64,000 nt of DNA from Bacteroidaceae bacterium (GCA_017416735.1 JAFQBF010000010.1:888-64887); one strand, 5' to 3'. Shown: positions 11,118-22,108, counted from the first letter of the stretch. Notes: generated from the letters alone by a model not told the origin. Program-made: numbers and translations.

Positions 11118-11941
11118 TAATAAGAAAAAATTCCCGACTTCCATCGGTTCCCCCCCTTCAGATTCACCTTATACACCAAGCCGCACGATACATACTTGCC
11201 ATCCTGCAGCTCAAAGAGAAAATTGAAGTGGTCGGCCCATAAGGAATAAATAGCCCCAACATTGAATGTCTTTGCATCATATTCCGCAATGATATTCAAG
11301 TTCTTATGAATAGCCGGACGGAAGTTCACCCCGTATGCCAAGTCATTCAGTGGATAGTCTGTACGCTTGTTCTTCAGGTAGGTAGCATGAAGACCTAATT
11401 CACCTATTCCTTTTATTTGGAAGTGCTTGGTGACAGCTGCAAACCAACGATTGAAGAAACCATTCCACATACCATCTACATTCATATCTGTATAATCTCC
11501 TGCATTACCTCCAGTTGTTGGGTCACTAACACCCACAGCTATTGCTGGCATATGCTTCCACCACTCACCTTCTTTAGTCAATTGGATTTTACCAGCAAAG
11601 TGACGATCTTGATTCACAAATTTCTCCCATGTAAAAGATGGCCAATCCGGGCGCCCTTTGATTAAAGTACAGATATAAGCTACCTCAATGCGGTCAAACA
11701 AAGTCATATTGACGAAATAATTATAGGTATTATATCGTCCGGACTTTGTCACCCACCAGTGTGGACTAGGAAGATTCTGGTTATGTAACATATTTCCACC
11801 CAGCATAAATGTACCATCCTTCTGAACTTCTGCATTGACCATATGAAGAAGCCCCGTCATACCATCAGTAAATTGAGCTTTCGAAGTATTTATAATCGTG
11901 AATAGTCCAATAATGATAAGACCCAATTTAATTTTCAACAT
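11117..11941 (-). CDS. YjbH-domain outer membrane protein (exopolysaccharide-associated)
   Basis: Signal peptide, GMTGLLHMVNAE..KDGTFMLGG, NQDRHF, MPAIAVGVSDP, IIAEYD. Confidence 0.75.
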   Translation of the reverse strand: MLKIKLGLIIIGLFTIINTSKAQFTDGMTGLLHMVNAEVQKDGTFMLGGNMLHNQNLPSPHWWVTKSGRYNTYNYFVNMTLFDRIEVAYICTLIKGRPDWPSFTWEKFVNQDRHFAGKIQLTKEGEWWKHMPAIAVGVSDPTTGGNAGDYTDMNVDGMWNGFFNRWFAAVTKHFQIKGIGELGLHATYLKNKRTDYPLNDLAYGVNFRPAIHKNLNIIAEYDAKTFNVGAIYSLWADHFNFLFELQDGKYVSCGLVYKVNLKGGNRWKSGIFSY

Positions 11942-11945
11942 AACT

Positions 11946-12710
11946 TTATTTAGATTTTATAATTTCACCTATTTTATATATATATCTTAAAGACAATAAA
12001 CCTATATTCGTATAGATTTCATTTTCTTTAAAAGCTCGTAAATGTTCCTTCATAATACCTACGTATGACTTGATACCCGACGTACTGGCTCCCCCTGTTC
12101 GCATTGTTACCATATCCATAGGTAAGTATTTCGTACGAATTTTTTGTTTATAGATAACTCGTAGCAAAAATTCAAAATCAGCCGCTATTTTATAATCCGT
12201 TTTATACAGACCATATTTATCAAAACACTCTCTCCGGATATAGAACGAAGGATGTGCAGGGATAAATCCCAAACGCATTAATTCCCGTTTAAAGACTTTG
12301 GAAGAGTAATAGCGTACACATTTCTGCAAGTTATCTGGATTAACAAAGTGAATGTCTCCATAAATAGCATCAAGGTTCTTTTCTTTCTTGAATGTCGTAG
12401 CTATTTCTTGCAAAACATGGCTGGACGTAAAGAAGTCATCCGAATTCAGTATTCCGACTATGTCTCCTGTAGCCATACGGATACCTTTGTTCATTGCATC
12501 ATAAAGTCCTTCATCTGGTTCAGAAATCCATTTCAGCTTATGTTTGAATAAAGGTTCATATTCTTTAATGATAGGTACTGTATTGTCTTTTGATGCTCCA
12601 TCAATGATAATATACTCTATATTGGAATATGATTGTTTTAATACAGAATCAAATGTATATGTTAGGGTATTACTACTATTATAAGTAACTGTTATAAGTG
12701 ATATTTTCAT
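11946..12710 (-). CDS. Glycosyltransferase family 2 (WcaE-like)
   Basis: ISLITVTYNS, IIDGASKD, SEPDEGLYDAMNKG, LNSDD. Confidence 0.92.
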   Translation of the reverse strand: MKISLITVTYNSSNTLTYTFDSVLKQSYSNIEYIIIDGASKDNTVPIIKEYEPLFKHKLKWISEPDEGLYDAMNKGIRMATGDIVGILNSDDFFTSSHVLQEIATTFKKEKNLDAIYGDIHFVNPDNLQKCVRYYSSKVFKRELMRLGFIPAHPSFYIRRECFDKYGLYKTDYKIAADFEFLLRVIYKQKIRTKYLPMDMVTMRTGGASTSGIKSYVGIMKEHLRAFKENEIYTNIGLLSLRYIYKIGEIIKSK

Positions 12711-13673
12711 CTAGTTATTTTTAAGCCATGTTAAAGTATTAACTATACCTTCTTTTCTTGAAAATGGAGGATTAGGAGCTATTTTTGTTGTAGCAGATAA
12801 ATCTATAATATTATTAGTTGTCATATTATTTAATCTAAATGTGGTCATTGGAAAACTAACTCCTATTTTCTTTAAAATATCTCCGCATAAGGCAGCACAT
12901 TTAATCATAAAAAATGGCATTTTTATTATTTTATACCCTAATTCATTAGCTATTTCATTTCCCCACTCTTCAATATTTGTTGCTGGTTCATCTCCAATAT
13001 AGAATACTTTATTATTTTCATTCTTTGTTTCTGAAAATAATATTCTTTCGATTTGGTATATTGCATTACCTACATATCCATAAGTTTTAGTACATCCCCT
13101 ATTCCCTATATGAAAATACTTATGGGATATGACCATGTCAAAAAAATTACGGTATGGTTCTCCAAACCACGGTCCCCATATAGAAGTCGGTCTTATAATT
13201 GCCCAATCACAATGAGGTTTATTTGCCCATACAATTCTTTCTGTCTCCACTTTACTCTTACCATATATTGTTGTTGGAGAATAATCGAATTGATTTTTAG
13301 GGTAATAACCTGTATGACAAACTAACATTGAAGATGTTATAATAATTTTTTTCAAATCAGGCAATAATGTAATTACCCTCATTAAATTTTCTACACCTTT
13401 TATATTAGAGGAATAATCATCTAATGTTTTTCCATTTAAATCAGTACGGGCGGCTAAATGTATTATATAATCTGGTGAAAAACTAGTTATTTCATCTTTC
13501 AAATTAGAAAAATTCCTTATATCTATGTTTTTCCAAACTTTTTGATGAGTTTCTATTTTGGGGGTATTAATATCTATTGCTAGAATATCATAATTCCTTT
13601 TCAAGAAATACTCAACAATATTTGTTCCAATAAAACCAGATGTTCCTGTTATTAAAATCTTATTGTTTTTCAT
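12711..13673 (-). CDS. NAD-dependent epimerase/dehydratase
   Basis: ITGTSGFIG, HLAA, YGKSK extended-SDR motifs. Confidence 0.88.
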   Translation of the reverse strand: MKNNKILITGTSGFIGTNIVEYFLKRNYDILAIDINTPKIETHQKVWKNIDIRNFSNLKDEITSFSPDYIIHLAARTDLNGKTLDDYSSNIKGVENLMRVITLLPDLKKIIITSSMLVCHTGYYPKNQFDYSPTTIYGKSKVETERIVWANKPHCDWAIIRPTSIWGPWFGEPYRNFFDMVISHKYFHIGNRGCTKTYGYVGNAIYQIERILFSETKNENNKVFYIGDEPATNIEEWGNEIANELGYKIIKMPFFMIKCAALCGDILKKIGVSFPMTTFRLNNMTTNNIIDLSATTKIAPNPPFSRKEGIVNTLTWLKNN

Positions 13674-14754
13674 TTATATAACGTATAATAGGATAATCTG
13701 TATAATTGTTTAAAAAATAATTTCTATAATTTTCTTTTTGTTTTAAGTTTACGTTAATATCTTTAATAGATTTTTTAAATTCTTCAGCTGTATTTGCAGA
13801 AATCATAAACTCAGAATATTCTTTTCCAATACCCTCAAAAGCAATATTTGTTCCTATGACAGGCGTACCACAAGCTAATGATTCTATTACTTTAACTTTT
13901 ACTCCAGCACCATTAAATATAGGTGCCAATAATGCTTTTGATTGTGCTATTATAGGATATGGGTTTTCTATAAATCCTAAATATTCAATATTTGAATAGT
14001 TTTGTAACTGATTTTTAATATGTTCTGGCATACCTCCTCCTATAATTATCACTTTAGACTTAATTATAGGAAAAATATATTTAATTAACCATTCTATTGA
14101 TTTATAATTGTCTGGACGCTTCCACATAGCAAATAAGACAAAATAATCATTTACTTTATTAATAGTTAGATTAATTATGTCTTTTGGTAAGAAAAAATTT
14201 GTTACATCACTTTCTACTTGAAAATATTTACTAATTAAATCTGTATCCTTTTTACTAAAAGTGAATATTTTTATGTCTCTCTGTTTAAGAAGAAATTTTT
14301 CACTAAATGATATCCAATATATAACATAAGATTTTTCTCTTTCGAAACGTTGTGTGATAACATCATGCGACATCAAAATTTTTCGAGGATGCTTGATAAA
14401 GTAAGCATATAGAAAAGTTTGACTAAAATCAAAATAGATATAATCATATGTTTCTTTTTTAATTAAACTTTTAAGCTGATATAATAGCATCCAATTAAAT
14501 CGAACTGTAAAAAGTGGAAATAAAAGTGGAAATAAAATGATATTTACCAATTTATATAATAGACTATTATTAATATACCTAACAATTTTTACATTTGGAT
14601 TTGGTGCGTTATATAATTCGTCAAATTTATATCGAAAATAAATAAGATCTATTTGATTATTTTGGGATAAATTTTCTAATAATTGTTTTGTATAATTTGC
14701 ACCTGCATCTTTATTAGATGGAGTAAATGGTGTAATAAAAAGTATCTTTTTCAT
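13660..14754 (-). CDS. Glycosyltransferase family 4
   Basis: APIFNGAGVKVKVIESLACGTPVIGT. Confidence 0.88.
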   Translation of the reverse strand: MKKILFITPFTPSNKDAGANYTKQLLENLSQNNQIDLIYFRYKFDELYNAPNPNVKIVRYINNSLLYKLVNIILFPLLFPLFTVRFNWMLLYQLKSLIKKETYDYIYFDFSQTFLYAYFIKHPRKILMSHDVITQRFEREKSYVIYWISFSEKFLLKQRDIKIFTFSKKDTDLISKYFQVESDVTNFFLPKDIINLTINKVNDYFVLFAMWKRPDNYKSIEWLIKYIFPIIKSKVIIIGGGMPEHIKNQLQNYSNIEYLGFIENPYPIIAQSKALLAPIFNGAGVKVKVIESLACGTPVIGTNIAFEGIGKEYSEFMISANTAEEFKKSIKDINVNLKQKENYRNYFLNNYTDYPIIRYINEKQ

Positions 14755-14756
14755 AA

Positions 14757-15842
14757 CTAAAATATTGTTTTATATGGAATGTAGGCTTCTGGATAAGATG
14801 ATACAATAGTATATAATCTTAATCCTAAATACAAAGTTAAAAATATTAGTAGTAATTTCCGAGTAGGTTTGTTCGAGTATTTTATAAGATATGGCAATAT
14901 GAATATTTGTATAATATCAAAATAAACAGATACTCTTCCTAAAGAAAATGAAATTGGAGTTAATAATACATACAGAATGACTCCTAATAAGTTTAGATTA
15001 ATTAAACCGTTTAAAAAAGGATTATTTTTCCTTATTTTGTTTAGTATAATAAGATAAATGCCTATTAAAAACAAACGATTTAAGAGTCCTCTTAATAAGA
15101 CTGTAGTAGATGAATATGTAGTATATGACTCATCTGACCCTAATGATAAATATACATTTATTTTAGCAGAAATAATGCCTAAATTAAGATTACTCAAAAT
15201 GTTTATAATGAATCTATTGAAAAAAAGTCCTAAAAATAATGTTAGACATATGATTAAAAATATTTGTCTTAATTTAAAATGCCTATAAAATAGTGGATAA
15301 GTTATTAAGAATATAATAGCTGTTCTATGAATCAAAGTAGCAATGATAACGATTAGAAAAAAAAATAAAAAATTTCTATTCTTAATGTATATTAAAGAAT
15401 GTAATAAAATACTCATGGCTATTGTTTGCCTAACAAAAAATATGCCTGCCAATGACATTGTATAATATATTAATAAAGAAAATATAGGATAAATACTATT
15501 TTTAGATATAGATATATATAAACAAGAATATATAATCAAACCTTCTAGTAACAACATAATAGTATATGAGTTTGAAAATGTTCTAGCTAAGTTATTTAAA
15601 AATATAAATCCTATTTCAAATTGATTTGTATATGGATCATCATTGTATCCCCAAGGTTCTTTTATACTTTTAAATATACTGTAATAATTCTTCCAATCTG
15701 TTCCTGTTTCCCATCTAATAAATGAAAGAATTAAAAAGAATAATATAAATAAAAAGCATATAGATAATTTCTTTTTTGATGAAGAAATTTCATAAAAAGA
15801 AAAAAATAATAGGAAAATGAATATTGAAAAATAGAATAACAT
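14757..15842 (-). CDS. wzy: EpsG-family polysaccharide polymerase (Wzy)
   Basis: Multi-TM; RWETGTDWKNY, EIGF, RQTIA, IHRTA, YIPY motifs. Confidence 0.82.
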   Translation of the reverse strand: MLFYFSIFIFLLFFSFYEISSSKKKLSICFLFILFFLILSFIRWETGTDWKNYYSIFKSIKEPWGYNDDPYTNQFEIGFIFLNNLARTFSNSYTIMLLLEGLIIYSCLYISISKNSIYPIFSLLIYYTMSLAGIFFVRQTIAMSILLHSLIYIKNRNFLFFFLIVIIATLIHRTAIIFLITYPLFYRHFKLRQIFLIICLTLFLGLFFNRFIINILSNLNLGIISAKINVYLSLGSDESYTTYSSTTVLLRGLLNRLFLIGIYLIILNKIRKNNPFLNGLINLNLLGVILYVLLTPISFSLGRVSVYFDIIQIFILPYLIKYSNKPTRKLLLIFLTLYLGLRLYTIVSSYPEAYIPYKTIF

Positions 15843-15845
15843 GTA

Positions 15846-16919
15846 TTACAACTTTATTTGTTTAAAGAGTTCAATACTTGCATCTAAGGTATAGAGTTCT
15901 TTAAAAATCTTTCGTGCAGAAATAGATTTATTATTTAACATTAAAGGGTTTTCTTGGAGTTCTTTTATCGCATAAACCATACTTGTCGCATCATTGCAGC
16001 ATGCCCCAATACTTTTTATATCTATATCATAACCTTCAAATGCTTCATTTGTTCCTATTATTGGACATCCATACATTAGCGCTTCAGCCGTTTTAGTTTT
16101 CATTCCGCCCCCTGAAAATATAGGAGAAATAACTACATTACATTTATAATAATAGATAGAAAGATCATCAACATATCCTATTATTTTTATATTTTTATTT
16201 GTTGAAGAAATCTTTTTATCCATACCATTACCAACTATTATTAATTGACAATTAGCTAATTGTGGAAAAACATTACTAAGAAACCAATTTATAGCTTCTA
16301 TATTAGCAAAGAAAGCATTTCCTACAAATAATAAGGTAAATAATAATTTCTCTTTATGTATTATTGAAGCCTTTTTTTTATCATATTTGTCTTCAAATGA
16401 AGTTGGTAATAGAAGATCTGCTTTCCTATTATAATATTTATACAATAGTTCTTTATCTCTATTGTTTAACACTATTAATATATCTCCGTATTGGCAAGAA
16501 AGTTTTTCGTTGTATGCCGTAACTTTTGATATAAACCAATTTTTTAGAGTAGGATTGATTCTATATTCTTCTTTAGTATATTGTTTTTCTATATTATGAA
16601 AAAATATTATTATTTTTACTTGAGGATAATTCTTTTTTATTATAGATGCTATTTTCCCCATTTTAGAGGAGGATAGAAATACTATACAATTTTTATTTTT
16701 AGATATAGATTTTATAATTTGACTAACATTTTTTAATGTTAATCCATTCATATATCCAAATATAAGATTAAAAAAAGTGCTATATTTAGAAGTACATGCA
16801 ATATCCTTAATGTAAAAATCTTTTCTATAAAACTGTTTTAATAGCTTTATATTTCTCAAATTAATGGCATCACCTCCAGATCTAACTTTATTAATTATTT
16901 CTCCCAAATATAATAACAT
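15846..16919 (-). CDS. Glycosyltransferase family 4
   Basis: HNIE, SPIFSGGGMKTKTAEALMYGCPIIGT. Confidence 0.88.
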   Translation of the reverse strand: MLLYLGEIINKVRSGGDAINLRNIKLLKQFYRKDFYIKDIACTSKYSTFFNLIFGYMNGLTLKNVSQIIKSISKNKNCIVFLSSSKMGKIASIIKKNYPQVKIIIFFHNIEKQYTKEEYRINPTLKNWFISKVTAYNEKLSCQYGDILIVLNNRDKELLYKYYNRKADLLLPTSFEDKYDKKKASIIHKEKLLFTLLFVGNAFFANIEAINWFLSNVFPQLANCQLIIVGNGMDKKISSTNKNIKIIGYVDDLSIYYYKCNVVISPIFSGGGMKTKTAEALMYGCPIIGTNEAFEGYDIDIKSIGACCNDATSMVYAIKELQENPLMLNNKSISARKIFKELYTLDASIELFKQIKL

Positions 16920-17080
16920 AAACTCTAATTTAAGTAAGACGAATTCAACTTGTAAATACAATAAAATTCTATTTTGTTAATATTGACTTAAATTTCTATT
17001 TTGGTGTGAAATAACTGAGTCGCTTTCTTTCAATTTATTCAGTTAATTTTCAACTCATTTGACAAACTCGTCGATTTTCA

Positions 17081-18013
17081 CTAATATAAAATTTTAAATT
17101 GACATAAATAATATAATATAATTTTCATGTCGATATTATGTTTTGTAGCCCATGTAGATAAAGCACCTCTATTTTCTCCATGGTGTAGTATACCTCCTCG
17201 TGGTACTTGCATATAATTAATTCCAAAAATTTTTTTTAAATATTTCTCACAATTATTAGGAGCAGGAAAAATCATATTTTCAAAAGCAATGTTCGTTAAT
17301 GGAAAAATATCTTCTGTACAATAAAAAGCTTTAGGATGCTGATGATCAAATTCTCTTCCATGATATACAATTACAAAATTTTCATTTGGATTTTCATCTA
17401 TTATTTTTTTTCTATTTTCTTGCATTTCTTCAGATGATAGTTTTTCTTTATTTTTCATATAAAATGAACGGTATTTGGTTATTTTAGATTTTAGTATATT
17501 TATATTAGTCTCGGAAAGTTCATTTGTTTTATAAAAATCTACTGGGAATATATCACACCATATACCAGTCTTTTCATGTTTATAACCAAGTCCAATTCTA
17601 CCATTAGATTCTTCTATATTAAAATCATCATCTGGTAACTCTGATTTTAAAATAGGGATTAACTTCTCATAATCGCTTCTTATCATAGAAACATCCATAT
17701 CATCATCCCATGGGATAAATCCTTTATGTCTATATGCGCCTAATAAAGTTCCAAAATCAAGCCAATATGTGAGATTGTGTTTTTTGCAGATTGAATCTAA
17801 AATTCTTAATAATTCAGCATCACATTTTTGCATAATTCGCAAATTAGCATCTTTAGTTGGTGGCAGTTCTGAAGCATTGATAAGGTAATTATTAATATAG
17901 AAATAAATACTGTCAATAGATTCTTGTTGTTTTTCAATATCCAGAAATTTTTGTAGGAGTTTTCTAAATGTACCTACAATTCCATAATTTTTGATTGTAC
18001 TTATAATTTTCAT
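17081..18013 (-). CDS. LicD family phosphotransferase
   Basis: YWLDFGTLLGAYRHKGFIPWDDDMDV, DIFPVD. Confidence 0.92.
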   Translation of the reverse strand: MKIISTIKNYGIVGTFRKLLQKFLDIEKQQESIDSIYFYINNYLINASELPPTKDANLRIMQKCDAELLRILDSICKKHNLTYWLDFGTLLGAYRHKGFIPWDDDMDVSMIRSDYEKLIPILKSELPDDDFNIEESNGRIGLGYKHEKTGIWCDIFPVDFYKTNELSETNINILKSKITKYRSFYMKNKEKLSSEEMQENRKKIIDENPNENFVIVYHGREFDHQHPKAFYCTEDIFPLTNIAFENMIFPAPNNCEKYLKKIFGINYMQVPRGGILHHGENRGALSTWATKHNIDMKIILYYLCQFKILY

Positions 18014-18018
18014 ATTTG

Positions 18019-18714
18019 TTATTTATAATTATATCCACCGTTTACTTCAATCAAACTTCCATTGACAAATGGATTATCAATACAGAAACGATATGCATCT
18101 ACTATTTCATCAACTGATGCAAAACGATGGATAGCTGTCTTTCTGTAGATGTTCTGTTTGATTTCTTCTGGTTTTTCTTTTTGCCAAGGTGTTTCTACAA
18201 ATCCTGGTACGATGGCATTAACTGTAGTTTCTGTTCCTTCAAATTCCTTTACCAGATTTTTTGCCAACGCATGAATGGCTGCTTTGGTCACTCCATAGCT
18301 AAGCACCATTGCATGAGGCACCAATCCCATTTGAGAACCAGTGAAAAGAATACGGGAACCTGTTGGAATTATTGGGAAAAACTCTCGAACCATAATATAA
18401 TGAGAATTGACAGCTACTTCCATCATTTTATCCCAATCAGTATCTGTTGTCTCTGCAAATGATTTACGAATGGTCAGACCTGCATTGCAAACCAAACAAT
18501 CCAACTGATTGCAATGAGATTTTACGTAGGATATAAATTGATAAACATCCTCTCTTGAGGTTTGGTCTGTCTTAATGGGCTCAAAATTAGTTAAATTTTC
18601 TGTAAAATCTGAACCTACGTATGTAGCAAATACATAATATCCTTTTTCAATCAACATTTTGGCTACTCCTAAACCAATACCAGAAGTACCACCTGTTACA
18701 ATAGCATATTTCAT
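18019..18714 (-). CDS. SDR family oxidoreductase
   Basis: VTGGTSGIG, NAG, YGVTK, NAIVPG. Confidence 0.9.
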   Translation of the reverse strand: MKYAIVTGGTSGIGLGVAKMLIEKGYYVFATYVGSDFTENLTNFEPIKTDQTSREDVYQFISYVKSHCNQLDCLVCNAGLTIRKSFAETTDTDWDKMMEVAVNSHYIMVREFFPIIPTGSRILFTGSQMGLVPHAMVLSYGVTKAAIHALAKNLVKEFEGTETTVNAIVPGFVETPWQKEKPEEIKQNIYRKTAIHRFASVDEIVDAYRFCIDNPFVNGSLIEVNGGYNYK

Positions 18715-20057
18715 AATTCCATCAAGTTTTTACGTTCTGTAAATTGTTGCATTATATCTGCCATTGCTATACTTTCTGATGGTCGTAGACGGACTGAGTT
18801 CAGGCGATTGTTGTAAATGCAAGACATAAATTCCTGTATTTCATAACGTAGTCCAGCACCATCCCATTTGTAGAAAAATTTCTTGTTTTCATTTTGGTCT
18901 TCGTAACGAAGTTCAAAATAGTCTGTTTTCCACCAAGGTGCTGGTACATAAGCATATCCTTTTGTTCCCGAGATAACTAAGTTACCTTCTGTTTTTACAC
19001 CTAATCCTAATTTAAAAGAACAGATTGCTGTTGGATATTTTAATACTCCTTTGGTATATATATCAACCATATTTTCCATACGTGAGTAAATATTCAAATT
19101 TTGATATTCCGTTCCCAATAATTTGATTATGGGTAATAAAGGATAGGATCCTAATTCATACATTGAGCCTCCTGCTTGCTCCTTATCAAATTCGCGTAAT
19201 GTTTTATCAATCAACAACTTTGATAATGAAGCTTCTATATCAACAACTTCACCGATAACACCACTTTTAATCATTACCATTAGATGATTGAATGCTGGAC
19301 AATGTGCTGTCTTATTGGCTTCCATTAAAACAAGTTTCTTTCGTTCAGCAATAGTGTAAAGTTCACGTGCCTGACATCCATTTAAAACCAATGGAGTTTC
19401 GCAAAGAATATGTTTTTTTGCTTCCAATCCCTGCTTTATATATTCATAATGACTTAAATGAGGAGATGCAATGTAAACAGCATCTATAGAAGAAAAGAAG
19501 GAGTCCAGATCATAATAACTATTTGGAATATTATTCTCAGTACTAAAATTATCTATTTGAGTTTTATTTATATCAAATACACTCCTTATTTCCAATCCAC
19601 TTACAAATTTAGCTTCAGTCACGAAACGTTTAGCTATACGTCCTAAACCTATAATACCGACCTTTACAGAACTTTGACTTTCATTGCGAAGTAAGGTTGA
19701 AGATATTCCTTTTGTACGAGGTAAATATACAACTTTACAAAATTCTTTGAGATAATCAAATTTTCCTTCCCAATCAGATCCTATGGCAAATATATCAACT
19801 TCATATTTTTGAATATCATCAATCTTTTGTCCTACATAATCTTCAATAATAATTTCGTCTGCTAAGCCTGTAGCTTTAACAGCTTCAATACGTTCAAGAA
19901 CATTATTACGTACGTTTAATTTGCCTCGTTCTCTATCGAAATTATCGTTGGTTACGCCTACTATAAGATAATTACCTAATGATTTAGCTCTTTTTAAAAG
20001 ATTTATGTGCCCTTGATGCAATAAATCATATGTTCCGTATGTTATTACTTTGGTCAT
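18711..20057 (-). CDS. Fusion of TagD-like cytidylyltransferase and Gfo/Idh/MocA oxidoreductase
   Basis: N-term TYGTYDLLHQGH...GSDWEGKFD...RTKGISST; C-term GIIGLGRIA, YIASPH..H, KHILCETP. Confidence 0.9.
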   Translation of the reverse strand: MTKVITYGTYDLLHQGHINLLKRAKSLGNYLIVGVTNDNFDRERGKLNVRNNVLERIEAVKATGLADEIIIEDYVGQKIDDIQKYEVDIFAIGSDWEGKFDYLKEFCKVVYLPRTKGISSTLLRNESQSSVKVGIIGLGRIAKRFVTEAKFVSGLEIRSVFDINKTQIDNFSTENNIPNSYYDLDSFFSSIDAVYIASPHLSHYEYIKQGLEAKKHILCETPLVLNGCQARELYTIAERKKLVLMEANKTAHCPAFNHLMVMIKSGVIGEVVDIEASLSKLLIDKTLREFDKEQAGGSMYELGSYPLLPIIKLLGTEYQNLNIYSRMENMVDIYTKGVLKYPTAICSFKLGLGVKTEGNLVISGTKGYAYVPAPWWKTDYFELRYEDQNENKKFFYKWDGAGLRYEIQEFMSCIYNNRLNSVRLRPSESIAMADIMQQFTERKNLMEL

Positions 20058-20950
20058 AGCTTGTTATCAAATAGCCTCCAAGCATCTTTATAACTTGATG
20101 TTATTAACTTAAATTGTTTAGGAGTATAAATAAAAGGTTTTCTAAAAAAGAAGTGTAGAATGAAATAGCATATAAAAGCAAACAGATGTAATCCTCTCAA
20201 ATGTTTAAGCGAAAAATATAAATGATTTCTACTTAAATGGTATATGGAAAAATCACTATTGTCTCCACCTGTAGATGAACTGACTTTATGCCAAATTAAT
20301 GAATTATGTATATAGCCTAGAATTTCATTGTTATATTTAGTAGCTCTCCATACAAAATCTGTATCATCATAATATACAAAGTATTTTTCATCCATCAATC
20401 CTGTCTTTTTAAAAACATCTGCTTTAATGAGCATGAAACAAGTAGGAGCATAATCAATTTTTGATATAGTATTATATTGTCCAATATCTTGTCTATCTCC
20501 TCCTCTATGATATGTATAATTTTGTAACCACTTAAATCCACCTCCTGCTGCCCAAATTACTTTATCAGTATTCCAAATATATATTTTGGGAACAGCCATT
20601 GTGAATTTATTCATAAGCATTCCATTTAAGAGCTTTTCAATAGCATCATTCTCAAGATAGATATCATTATTTGCTAGTAAAATATACTCACACCGTTCGT
20701 TTAAGGCCTCTAATATTCCAATATTATTACCTTTAGCTACACCATAATTATTTTTTTGGAGTAACCATTTACATTCGAAATCGACTGTCTTTTGTAATTT
20801 TTTTCCTAATATTACACTATTATCCTTGGAATCATTATCAACTAGATATAGAATAAAATCTTTATAAGTTTGTTCATTTAAGGTTTTAAAAAAATCCTCA
20901 AGAACACTTTCGCTATTATATAGAACTGTTACTATACCTATTTTAGCCAT
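20054..20950 (-). CDS. Glycosyltransferase family 2 (rhamnosyltransferase-like)
   Basis: VDNDSKD, NYGVAKGNNIG, LANND, MDEKYFVYYDDTD. Confidence 0.9.
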   Translation of the reverse strand: MAKIGIVTVLYNSESVLEDFFKTLNEQTYKDFILYLVDNDSKDNSVILGKKLQKTVDFECKWLLQKNNYGVAKGNNIGILEALNERCEYILLANNDIYLENDAIEKLLNGMLMNKFTMAVPKIYIWNTDKVIWAAGGGFKWLQNYTYHRGGDRQDIGQYNTISKIDYAPTCFMLIKADVFKKTGLMDEKYFVYYDDTDFVWRATKYNNEILGYIHNSLIWHKVSSSTGGDNSDFSIYHLSRNHLYFSLKHLRGLHLFAFICYFILHFFFRKPFIYTPKQFKLITSSYKDAWRLFDNKL

Positions 20951-20955
20951 AACTA

Positions 20956-22095
20956 TTATTTATAAAGTCCTTTAATTTTCATTTCTTCAATAGAAGAATC
21001 ATATTTGTCTTCCTTTATTTCTTGAGTATTTACCCAATTACAAAAACGTTCTATTCCTTTATCAAAAGTCCATTTAGGTTCAAACCCTAAAATGGAACGT
21101 GCTGCAGTAATATCAGCAAAATTATGTCGAATATCACCTAAACGATAATTTCCTGAAATGGTAATTGGTACTTCTATGTTATAATGTTTACATAATGTTT
21201 CAGCTACAGTTAATACATCCGTTGCAACTCCTGTACCTACATTAAAAACATGTCCATTTGCTTCATCTTTCTCAATACCTAAGATTGTTGCATCCACTAC
21301 ATCATCAATATATACAAAATCTCTAGTTTCTTTACCATCTTCGAATATATTAATGCCATTTCCATTCTTAATTCGAGTTGAAAATATTGATAAAATTCCA
21401 GTATATGGATTTGACAACGATTGTCCTGGACCATACACATTCTGATATCTATACGATACAGATGCAATACCAATAGTAGGACAAACCAAGTGAACCAATT
21501 GGCCTTGTACTTGTTTAGTTATTCCATAAACTGAGGTGGGATGTATCATCGAGTCTTCGGTAGTTCCAACTAATTTAAGTTTCTCATTACATCCAGGATA
21601 TTTCACTTCAAAATCTCCTTGACTCATATCTCTATCCGAACGTTCTGTTGGATATACATATTGATTTAATTCTTCACTATAATAACGTCCTTCACCATAT
21701 ATTGCACGAGATTCAGCCACTACAACTTTTTTTACTGAGTGCTTTGTATTAGTCAAAATATCAAGAAGTAAAGCAGTACCACCTATATTGACATCTACAT
21801 ATTTTTGGATTTCATACATTGATTGTCCTGTTCCTGTCTCTGCTGCTAAATGTACTATACATTCTACATTTTCTATAGCTTTCATCCAATCTTCACGTGA
21901 AGTAACAGAACCTTTTATAAAGCTAACTTTTCCTATAATAGATTGATATAATGCAGAAGTTAGCTTGGGATTATCTCCATGAATTTGTGGGGATAAATTA
22001 TCTAAGACAGTAACAGAATATCCTTTTTCAATTAATTTTAAAGCAAGATTGGATCCAATAAATCCTGCTCCACCAGTAATAAGTATATGTTTCAT
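20956..22095 (-). CDS. NAD-dependent epimerase, WbiB-like (dTDP-L-rhamnose 4-epimerase-like)
   Basis: ITGGAGFIG, DNLSPQIHG, HLAAETGTGQSMY, SRAIYGEG, NVYGPGQSLSNPYTGILSIF. Confidence 0.8.
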   Translation of the reverse strand: MKHILITGGAGFIGSNLALKLIEKGYSVTVLDNLSPQIHGDNPKLTSALYQSIIGKVSFIKGSVTSREDWMKAIENVECIVHLAAETGTGQSMYEIQKYVDVNIGGTALLLDILTNTKHSVKKVVVAESRAIYGEGRYYSEELNQYVYPTERSDRDMSQGDFEVKYPGCNEKLKLVGTTEDSMIHPTSVYGITKQVQGQLVHLVCPTIGIASVSYRYQNVYGPGQSLSNPYTGILSIFSTRIKNGNGINIFEDGKETRDFVYIDDVVDATILGIEKDEANGHVFNVGTGVATDVLTVAETLCKHYNIEVPITISGNYRLGDIRHNFADITAARSILGFEPKWTFDKGIERFCNWVNTQEIKEDKYDSSIEEMKIKGLYK

Positions 22096-22108
22096 ATTTA
22101 AATATTAA

